The translations under genes and the position numbers were made by a program. 64,000 bases of DNA from NCBI GenBank assembly GCA_964057225.1, contig OZ059897.1:16492001-16556000 (forward strand). The letters are read 5' to 3'. Below the pieces are notes generated by a model that saw only the letters and a program-made list of their open reading frames with translations, had not been told where the DNA came from and did no database searches. This document shows positions 39,185 to 49,683 of this stretch, piece after piece. The DNA comes from Auanema rhodensis. Taxonomy: Eukaryota > Animalia > Nematoda. The number at the start of each line of letters is the position of its first letter. The first letter of the stretch is position 1.

Positions 39185-42100
39185 GTGATGCCGAGGTCAG
39201 CAGTTCGATCCTGCTATGGAGCAAAGTTTTGGCTCTGGCTGGCGCCTAATGTTTTCTTGGTATCTATGAAAAAACAGATTGTTCAGAATGTTTTTTGATA
39301 GTGTCTATAGCTCCATTGGCGCAGTTGGTTAGCGCGTGGTACTTATAAGTATAAGTGATGCCGAGGTCAGCAGTTCGATCCTGCTATGGAGCAAAGTTTT
39401 GGCTCTGGCTGGCGCCTAATGTTTTCTTGGTATCTATGAAAAACAGATTGTTCAGAATGTTTTTTGATTGTGTCTATAGCTCCATTGGCGCAGTTGGTTA
39501 GCGCGTGGTACTTATAAGTATAAGTGATGCCGAGGTCAGCAGTTCGATCCTGCTATGGAGCAAAGTTTTGGCTCTGGCTGGCGCCTAATGTTTTCTTGGT
39601 ATATATGAAAAACAGATTGTTCAGAATGTTTTTTGATTGTGTCTATAGCTCCATTGGCGCAGTTGGTTAGCGCGTGGTACTTATAAGTATAAGTGATGCC
39701 GAGGTCAGCAGTTCGATCCTGCTATGGAGCAAAGTTTTAGCTCCGTTCGGCGCCTAATGTTTTCTTGGTATCCATGAAAAACAGATTGTTCAGAATGTTT
39801 TTTGATTGTGTCTATAGCTCCATTGGCGCAGTTGGTTAGCGCGTGGTACTTATAAGTATAAGTGATGCCGAGGTCAGCAGTTCGATCCTGCTATGGAGCA
39901 AAGTTTTGGCTCTGGCTGGCGCCTAATGTTTTCTTGGTATCTATGAAAAACAGATTGTTCAGAATGTTTTTTGATTGTGTCTATAGCTCCATTGGCGCAG
40001 TTGGTTAGCGCGTGGTACTTATAAGTATAAGTGATGCCGAGGTCAGCAGTTCGATCCTGCTATGGAGCAAAGTTTTAGCTCCGTTCGGCGCCTAATGTTT
40101 TCTTGGTATCTATGAAAAACAGATTGTTCAGAATGTTTTTTGATTGTGTCTATAGCTCCATTGGCGTAGTTGGTTAGCGCGTGGTACTTATAAGTATAAG
40201 TGATGCCGAGGTCAGCAGTTCGATCCTGCTATGGAGCAAAGTTTTAGCTCCGTTCGGCGCCTAATGTTTTCTTGGTATCCATGAAAAACAGATTGTTCAG
40301 AATGTTTTTTGATTGTGTCTATAGCTCCATTGGCGCAGTTGGTTAGCGCGTGGTACTTATAAGTATAAGTGATGCCGAGGTCAGCAGTTCGATCCTGCTA
40401 TGGAGCAAAGTTTTGGCTCTGGCTGGCGCCTAATGTTTTCTTGGTATCTATGAAAAACAGATTGTTCAGAATGTTTTTTGATTGTGTCTATAGCTCCATT
40501 GGCGCAGTTGGTTAGCGCGTGGTAGTTATAAGTATAAGTGATGCCGAGGTCAGCAGTTCGATCCTGCTATGGAGCAAAGTTTTGGCTCTGGCTGGCGCCT
40601 AATGTTTTCTTGGTATCTATGAAAAACAGATTGTTCAGAATGTTTTTTGATAGTGTGTATAGCTCCATTGGCGCAGTTGGTTAGCGCGTGGTACTTATAA
40701 GTGTAAGTGATGCCGAGGTCAGCAGTTCGATCCTGCTATGGAGCAAAGTTTTAGCTCCGTTCGGCGCCTAATGTTTTCTTGGTATCTATGAAAAACAGAT
40801 TGTTCAGAATGTTTTTTGATTGTGTCTATAGCTCCATTGGCGCAGTTGGTTAGCGCGTGGTACTTATAAGTATAAGTGATGCCGAGGTCAGCAGTTCGAT
40901 CCTGCTATGGAGCAAAGTTTTGGCTCTGGCTGGCGCCTAATGTTTTCTTGGTATCTATGAAAAACAGATTGTTCAGAATGTTTTTTGATAGTGTGTATAG
41001 CTCCATTGGCGCAGTTGGTTAGCGCGTGGTACTTATAAGTGTAAGTGATGCCGAGGTCAGCAGTTCGATCCTGCTATGGAGCAAAGTTTTAGCTCCGTTC
41101 GGCGCCTAATGTTTTCTTGGTATCAATGAAAAACAGATTGTTCAGAATGTTTTTTGATTGTGTCTATAGCTCCATTGGCGCAGTTGGTTAGCGCGTGGTA
41201 CTTATAAGTATAAGTGATGCCGAGGTCAGCAGTTCGATCCTGCTATGGAGCAAAGTTTTGGCTCTGGCTGGCGCCTAATGTTTTCTTGGTATCTATGAAA
41301 AACAGATTGTTCAGAATGTTTTTTGATTGTGTCTATAGCTCCATTGGCGCAGTTGGTTAGCGCGTGGTACTTATAAGTATAAGTGATGCCGAGGTCAGCA
41401 GTTCGATCCTGCTATGGAGCAAAGTTTTAGCTCCGTTCGGCGTCTAATGTTTTCTTGGTATCTATGAAAAACAGATTGTTCAGAATGTTTTTTGATTGTG
41501 TCTATAGCTCCATTGGCGCAGTTGGTTAGCGCGTGGTACTTATAAGTATAAGTGATGCCGAGGTCAGCAGTTCGATCCTGCTATGGAGCAAAGTTTTGGC
41601 TCTGGCTGGCGCCTAATGTTTTCTTGGTATCTATGAAAAACAGATTGTTCAGAATGTTTTTTGATTGTGTCTATAGCTCCATTGGCGCAGTTGGTTAGCG
41701 CGTGGTACTTATAAGTATAAGTGATGCCGAGGTCAGCAGTTCGATCCTGCTATGGAGCAAAGTTTTAGCTCCGTTCGGCGCCTAATGTTTTCTTGGTATC
41801 TATGAAAAACAGATTGTTCAGAATGTTTTTTGATTGTGTCTATAGCTCCATTGGCGCAGTTGGTTAGCGCGTGGTACTTATAAGTATAAGTGATGCCGAG
41901 GTCAGCAGTTCGATCCTGCTATGGAGCAAAGTTTTGGCTCTGGCTGGCGCCTAATGTTTTCTTGGTATCTATGAAAAACAGATTGTTCAGAATGTTTTTT
42001 GATTGTGTGTATAGCTCCATTGGCGCAGTTGGTTAGCGCGTGGTACTTATAAGTATAAGTGATGCCGAGGTCAGCAGTTCGATCCTGCTATGGAGCAAAG

Positions 42101-45100
42101 TTTTGGCTCTGGCTGGCGCCTAATGTTTTCTTGGTATCTATGAAAAACAGATTGTTCAGAATGTTTTTTGATTGTGTCTATAGCTCCATTGGCGCAGTTG
42201 GTTAGAGCGTGGTACTTATAAGTATAAGTGATGCCGAGGTCAGCAGTTCGATCCTGCTATGGAGCAAAGTTTTGGCTCTGGCTGGCGCCTAATGTTTTCT
42301 TGGTATATATGAAAAACAGATTGTTCAGAATGTTTTTTGATTGTGTCTATAGCTCCATTGGCGCAGTTGGTTAGCGCGTGGTACTTATAAGTATAAGTGA
42401 TGCCGAGGTCAGCAGTTCGATCCTGCTATGGAGCAAAGTTTTGGCTCTGGCTGGCGCCTAATGTTTTCTTGGTATCTATGAAAAACAGATTGTTCAGAAT
42501 GTTTTTTGATTGTGTCTATAGCTCCATTGGCGCAGTTGGTTAGCGCGTGGTACTTATAAGTATAAGTGATGCCGAGGTCAGCAGTTCGATCCTGCTATGG
42601 AGCAAAGTTTTAGCTCCGTTCGGCGCCTAATGTTTTCTTGGTATCAATGAAAAACAGATTGTTCAGAATGTTTTTTGATTGTGTCTATAGCTCCATTGGC
42701 GCAGTTGGTTAGCGCGTGGTACTTATAAGTATAAGTGATGCCGAGGTCAGCAGTTCGATCCTGCTATGGAGCAAAGTTTTAGCTCCGTTCGGCGCCTAAT
42801 GTTTTCTTGGTATCCATGAAAAACAGATTGTTCAGAATGTTTTTTGATTGTGTCTATAGCTCCATTGGCGCAGTTGGTTAGCGCGTGGTACTTATAAGTA
42901 TAAGTGATGCCGAGGTCAGCAGTTCGATCCTGCTATGGAGCAAAGTTTTAGCTCCGTTCGGCGCCTAATGTTTTCTTGGTATCTATGAAAAACAGATTGT
43001 TCAGAATGTTTTTTGATTGTGTCTATAGCTCCATTGGCGCAGTTGGTTAGCGCGTGGTACTTATAAGTATAAGTGATGCCGAGGTCAGCAGTTCGATCCT
43101 GCTATGGAGCAAAGTTTTGGCTCTGGCTGGCGCCTAATGTTTTCTTGGTATCTATGAAAAACAGATTGTTCAGAATGTTTTTTGATTGTGTGTATAGCTC
43201 CATTGGCGCAGTTGGTTAGCGCGTGGTACTTATAAGTATAAGTGATGCCGAGGTCAGCAGTTCGATCCTGCTATGGAGCAAAGTTTTGGCTCTGGCTGGC
43301 GCCTAATGTTTTCTTGGTATCTATGAAAAACAGATTGTTCAGAATGTTTTTTGATTGTGTCTATAGCTCCATTGGCGCAGTTGGTTAGCGCGTGGTACTT
43401 ATAAGTATAAGTGATGCCGAGGTCAGCAGTTCGATCCTGCTATGGAGCAAAGTTTTGGCTCTGGCTGGCGCCTAATGTTTTCTTGGTATCTATGAAAAAC
43501 AGATTGTTCGGAATGTTTTTTGATTGTGTCTATAGCTCCATTGGCGCAGTTGGTTAGCGCGTGGTACTTATAAGTATAAGTGATGCCGAGGTCAGCAGTT
43601 CGATCCTGCTATGGAGCAAAGTTTTAGCTCCGTTCGGCGCCTAATGTTTTCTTGGTATCTATGAAAAACAGATTGTTCAGAATGTTTTTTGATTGTGTCT
43701 ATAGCTCCATTGGCGCAGTTGGTTAGCGCGTGGTACTTATAAGTATAAGTGATGCCGAGGTCAGCAGTTCGATCCTGCTATGGAGCAAAGTTTTAGCTCC
43801 GTTCGGCGCCTAATGTTTTCTTGGTATCCATGAAAAACAGATTGTTCAGAATGTTTTTTGATTGTGTCTATAGCTCCATTGGCGCAGTTGGTTAGCGCGT
43901 GGTACTTATAAGTATAAGTGATGCCGAGGTCAGCAGTTCGATCCTGCTATGGAGCAAAGTTTTAGCTCCGTTCGGCGCCTAATGTTTTCTTGGTATCTAT
44001 GAAAAACAGATTGTTCAGAATGTTTTTTGATTGTGTCTATAGCTCCATTGGCGCAGTTGGTTAGCGCGTGGTACTTATAAGTATAAGTGATGCCGAGGTC
44101 AGCAGTTCGATCCTGCTATGGAGCAAAGTTTTGGCTCTGGCTGGCGCCTAATGTTTTCTTGGTATCTATGAAAAACAGATTGTTCAGAATGTTTTTTGAT
44201 TGTGTGTATAGCTCCATTGGCGCAGTTGGTTAGCGCGTGGTACTTATAAGTATAAGTGATGCCGAGGTCAGCAGTTCGATCCTGCTATGGAGCAAAGTTT
44301 TGGCTCTGGCTGGCGCCTAATGTTTTCTTGGTATCTATGAAAAACAGATTGTTCAGAATGTTTTTTGATTGTGTCTATAGCTCCATTGGCGCAGTTGGTT
44401 AGAGCGTGGTACTTATAAGTATAAGTGATGCCGAGGTCAGCAGTTCGATCCTGCTATGGAGCAAAGTTTTGGCTCTGGCTGGCGCCTAATGTTTTCTTGG
44501 TATATATGAAAAACAGATTGTTCAGAATGTTTTTTGATTGTGTCTATAGCTCCATTGGCGCAGTTGGTTAGCGCGTGGTACTTATAAGTATAAGTGATGC
44601 CGAGGTCAGCAGTTCGATCCTGCTATGGAGCAAAGTTTTGGCTCTGGCTGGCGCCTAATGTTTTCTTGGTATCTATGAAAAACAGATTGTTCAGAATGTT
44701 TTTTGATTGTGTCTATAGCTCCATTGGCGCAGTTGGTTAGCGCGTGGTACTTATAAGTATAAGTGATGCCGAGGTCAGCAGTTCGATCCTGCTATGGAGC
44801 AAAGTTTTAGCTCCGTTCGGCGCCTAATGTTTTCTTGGTATCAATGAAAAACAGATTGTTCAGAATGTTTTTTGATTGTGTCTATAGCTCCATTGGCGCA
44901 GTTGGTTAGCGCGTGGTACTTATAAGTATAAGTGATGCCGAGGTCAGCAGTTCGATCCTGCTATGGAGCAAAGTTTTAGCTCCGTTCGGCGCCTAATGTT
45001 TTCTTGGTATCCATGAAAAACAGATTGTTCAGAATGTTTTTTGATTGTGTCTATAGCTCCATTGGCGCAGTTGGTTAGCGCGTGGTACTTATAAGTATAA

Positions 45101-47818
45101 GTGATGCCGAGGTCAGCAGTTCGATCCTGCTATGGAGCAAAGTTTTAGCTCCGTTCGGCGCCTAATGTTTTCTTGGTATCTATGAAAAACAGATTGTTCA
45201 GAATGTTTTTTGATTGTGTCTATAGCTCCATTGGCGCAGTTGGTTAGCGCGTGGTACTTATAAGTATAAGTGATGCCGAGGTCAGCAGTTCGATCCTGCT
45301 ATGGAGCAAAGTTTTGGCTCTGGCTGGCGCCTAATGTTTTCTTGGTATCTATGAAAAACAGATTGTTCAGAATGTTTTTTGATTGTGTGTATAGCTCCAT
45401 TGGCGCAGTTGGTTAGCGCGTGGTACTTATAAGTATAAGTGATGCCGAGGTCAGCAGTTCGATCCTGCTATGGAGCAAAGTTTTGGCTCTGGCTGGCGCC
45501 TAATGTTTTCTTGGTATCTATGAAAAACAGATTGTTCAGAATGTTTTTTGATTGTGTCTATAGCTCCATTGGCGCAGTTGGTTAGAGCGTGGTACTTATA
45601 AGTATAAGTGATGCCGAGGTCAGCAGTTCGATCCTGCTATGGAGCAAAGTTTTGGCTCTGGCTGGCGCCTAATGTTTTCTTGGTATATATGAAAAACAGA
45701 TTGTTCAGAATGTTTTTTGATTGTGTCTATAGCTCCATTGGCGCAGTTGGTTAGCGCGTGGTACTTATAAGTATAAGTGATGCCGAGGTCAGCAGTTCGA
45801 TCCTGCTATGGAGCAAAGTTTTGGCTCTGGCTGGCGCCTAATGTTTTCTTGGTATCTATGAAAAACAGATTGTTCAGAATGTTTTTTGATTGTGTCTATA
45901 GCTCCATTGGCGCAGTTGGTTAGCGCGTGGTACTTATAAGTATAAGTGATGCCGAGGTCAGCAGTTCGATCCTGCTATGGAGCAAAGTTTTAGCTCCGTT
46001 CGGCGCCTAATGTTTTCTTGGTATCAATGAAAAACAGATTGTTCAGAATGTTTTTTGATTGTGTCTATAGCTCCATTGGCGCAGTTGGTTAGCGCGTGGT
46101 ACTTATAAGTATAAGTGATGCCGAGGTCAGCAGTTCGATCCTGCTATGGAGCAAAGTTTTAGCTCCGTTCGGCGCCTAATGTTTTCTTGGTATCCATGAA
46201 AAACAGATTGTTCAGAATGTTTTTTGATTGTGTCTATAGCTCCATTGGCGCAGTTGGTTAGCGCGTGGTACTTATAAGTATAAGTGATGCCGAGGTCAGC
46301 AGTTCGATCCTGCTATGGAGCAAAGTTTTAGCTCCGTTCGGCGCCTAATGTTTTCTTGGTATCTATGAAAAACAGATTGTTCAGAATGTTTTTTGATTGT
46401 GTCTATAGCTCCATTGGCGCAGTTGGTTAGCGCGTGGTACTTATAAGTATAAGTGATGCCGAGGTCAGCAGTTCGATCCTGCTATGGAGCAAAGTTTTGG
46501 CTCTGGCTGGCGCCTAATGTTTTCTTGGTATCTATGAAAAACAGATTGTTCAGAATGTTTTTTGATTGTGTCTATAGCTCCATTGGCGCAGTTGGTTAGC
46601 GCGTGGTACTTATAAGTATAAGTGATGCCGAGGTCAGCAGTTCGATCCTGCTATGGAGCAAAGTTTTGGCTCTGGCTGGCGCCTAATGTTTTCTTGGTAT
46701 CTATGAAAAACAGATTGTTCAGAATGTTTTTTGATTGTGTGTATAGCTCCATTGGCGCAGTTGGTTAGCGCGTGGTACTTATAAGTATAAGTGATGCCGA
46801 GGTCAGCAGTTCGATCCTGCTATGGAGCAAAGTTTTGGCTCGGGCTGGCGCCTAATGTTTTCTTGGTATCTATGAAAAACAGATTGTTCAGAATGTTTTT
46901 TGATTGTGTGTATAGCTCCATTGGCGCAGTTGGTTAGCGCGTGGTACTTATAAGTATAAGTGATGCCGAGGTCAGCAGTTCGATCCTGCTATGGAGCAAA
47001 GTTTTGGCTCGGGCTGGCGCCTAATGTTTTCTTGGTATCTATGAAAAACAGATTGTTCAGAATGTTTTTTGATTGTGTGTATAGCTCCATTGGCGCAGTT
47101 GGTTAGCGCGTGGTACTTATAAGTATAAGTGATGCCGAGGTCAGCAGTTCGATCCTGCTATGGAGCAAAGTTTTGGCTCGGGCTGGCGCCTAATGTTTTC
47201 TTGGTATCTATGAAAAACAGATTGTTCAGAATGTTTTTTGATTGTGTCTATAGCTCCATTGGCGCAGTTGGTTAGCGCGTGGTACTTATAAGTATAAGTG
47301 ATGCCGAGGTCAGCAGTTCGATCCTGCTATGGAGCAAAGTTTTAGCTCGGGCTGGCGCCTAATGTTTTCTTGGTATCCATGAAAAACAGATTGTTCAGAA
47401 TGTTTTTTGATTGTGTCTATAGCTCCATTGGCGCAGTTGGTTAGCGCGTGGTACTTATAAGTATAAGTGATGCCGAGGTCAGCAGTTCGATCCTGCTATG
47501 GAGCAAAGTTTTAGCTCCGTTCGGCGCCTAATGTTTTCTTGGCATCAATGAAAAACAGATTGTTCAGAATGTTTTTTGATTGTGTCTATAGCTCCATTGG
47601 CGCAGTTGGTTAGCGCGTGGTACTTATAAGTATAAGTGATGCCGAGGTCAGCAGTTCGATCCTGCTATGGAGCAAAGTTCTAGCTCCGTTCGGCGCCTAA
47701 TGTTTTCTTGGTATCCATGAAAAACAGATTGTTCAGAATGTTTTTTGATTGTGTCTATAGCTCCATTGGCGCAGTTGGTTAGCGCGTGGTACTTATAAGT
47801 ATAAGTGATGCCGAGGTC
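39185..47818 (+). repeat. Tandem tRNA-Ile(UAU) array, left block: 169-bp unit, 50 complete genes plus truncated end copies
   Basis: tRNA starts at 39310+169n up to 47760 (exactly 50 periods). The copy at 47760 is cut after GAGGTC. Confidence 0.98.
39310..39393 (+). tRNA. tRNA-Ile-TAT: tRNA-Ile(UAU) with 10-nt intron; first complete copy, repeated every 169 bp
   Basis: GCTCCAT/ATGGAGC acceptor stem, GCGC/GCGC D-stem, TGGTA/TGCCG anticodon stem, CT-TAT-A loop, intron AGTATAAGTG after position 37, AGCAG/CTGCT T-stem with TTCGATC loop, discriminator A, and a TTTT terminator 3 nt downstream. Confidence 0.96.
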
Positions 47819-49160
47819 CGTTCCATTCGGACTCCCCATATATGTAGCTGAAGGGTTAGAGCCAGACGACCAGAGGACCGAGGAATGGCTCCGCCTTCCC
47901 TCGTTCCCTTGGTCGGGAGTTCGCCTCTTAGCAAGCTCATGGACGGCTTGTAGTTTAGTCTTTATACTTATATTTATCTTATTGTATTGTATCTTTATCT
48001 TTGTATATTATTGTTGTAGTTTCATGCTAATAAATCTTTCTCTCTTTTATCTTATGATTGACCTTATGCTCTTTATTCCTTACCGCTACACCAAGGAATA
48101 CTATGCGCGTCATAGTATAAACTACAATGGTTTATATTATCGACGCAGGAGCATAACGGAACGTGGAGGTTCCACCTCGAACTCATCTTTTGAAAAAAAA
48201 AATTTTCTTTTTATTGTAAAAGTCCATTTTTGCATTCTAAATTATAAATTCCTCCACTTGAAACAACAAAATGAAGGCGCCAATTTGTTTTAAGGTACAG
48301 ATACAAGGGATCTCGCTTAAATGCGAGATAGGACCAATAAAAATTTTGCCCGCTGTCCTCAATTAAAACCGTCTGAATGTCCACCCTTTTCTATATCGTA
48401 TCTTGTACCGCTTCTCATGCCATTTTGAGGACGTTTGGATTGAAATAGAGGACAATTTCGCCAAACGAGAAAATATAGTTGTTCACATTTTTTTTTGGGG
48501 GCATAGAGAAGTTTGATTATTGGAACAAAAATTTATAAGACGCGCGCAATTGATTATAGTTTGTATATTTTGTGGTCAGGACTAGAATTTTGAAATTATT
48601 ATATTCAGACGTAAAAGATCATTTTACATATTATTTTGCGGGAAACCAAAAACGGTTACATAAATTGAATATAAAAAGAGACCACACTAGTCCGAAAAAG
48701 CCTGGTAAATCTGCAATAAGACTTCTCAGCTCTTATTTGACAGTCAGGTCAAGTTGGCGGAAGCATAACTGCTACGGATTTTATCCCCGTAGATTATGTC
48801 ACCTTCCTCAAATCATTTCGTTGTTTCAACTCATAAGATACCCCTTATCTCCTACAGTAATCCTAAGTAAATTGGAAATGTTTAAAAATAGACGTATTTT
48901 TCTCATTTTCAAAAAGAAATTCGCTTAGGAAAACGCACTTTTGCTTATTTTGATCGAGAAAAGGGACAGCCTTTTCAATAACTCTCCTCAAACCTCATTA
49001 GCATGCACAATGTCGAAAACATTTTGAGCAAAACATGCTATTTAAGGAAAAAGGAATGAGGAAAAGATTGAAAACATAAGTCCATTTTCTTGACGAAAAC
49101 AGAGCAAAGCGCATAAAAAAAAAAAATAAAAAAAAAAAACAGAGTACAAGCTTTATTCAG

Positions 49161-49683
49161 TCAAAAACCCCACTTGAAAGCTAGCTGTCTTTCAAACTCT
49201 GCAGCAAGAGAGATAGGCTCGTAACTGGGGGAGAGGTATTCGGGATACTCTCTCCCCAGTGAGGTCCTCAGCTGCAATCCAAGCGATGAGCTATCATAAC
49301 ATACATGCATTTTAAACAAAATTTTACATAATAATTCATAGAATAAAGGCTGCCTCTCGGTATACCATCTCCAGGGACTTCCTACAAGTCCACACAGGAG
49401 AGCGGCATAAAAATGCGCGCACAGGTCACGGAGACAGAGACGCCCTACGAGCTCAATCTCGGGCGCAATTTCCGCCATAGCGGAAAAATTAACGAGGCCC
49501 CTGCCCAAATAGAACATTTGCAGATCCTCAATAAACTAAAATAGAAAAAAGAAAATACTGAAAATTGAAATTGACTAATGCACCAACCATTAATATTATA
49601 TCAGGATGGGGCCTATAAGCCAATCTCTCTTCAGCATCATAAAAGACAATAACGTCATACAGCTTTTGCATGACAAAGGTCAT
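49161..49683 (-). CDS. Orphan two-exon gene (~156 aa) in the inserted unit, copy 1
   Basis: Exon 49683-49588 (MTFVMQKLYDVIVFYDAEERLAYRPHPDIILM), a 52-bp GT-AG intron, and exon 49535-49161 (FIEDLQMFYLGRG...AFKWGF). AATAAA lies a few bases after the stop, followed by a T-tract. GC content is elevated. Confidence 0.6.

Noticed and set aside
39394-39415. TTGGC pairing-centre-like motifs in the unit
   Set aside because: One copy is part of the tRNA A-box and the other is lost in a common spacer haplotype.
47648-47839. ORFs 47648-47839 and 54859-55146
   Set aside because: Antisense translations of the tRNA repeat, opened by chance variants or the insertion junction.
48572-48928. 118-codon plus-strand ORF in the insert (also 51784-52140)
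   Set aside because: It starts at GTG with no early ATG or clear acceptor, overlaps the hairpin cluster, and has no recognisable motif. Left uncalled.
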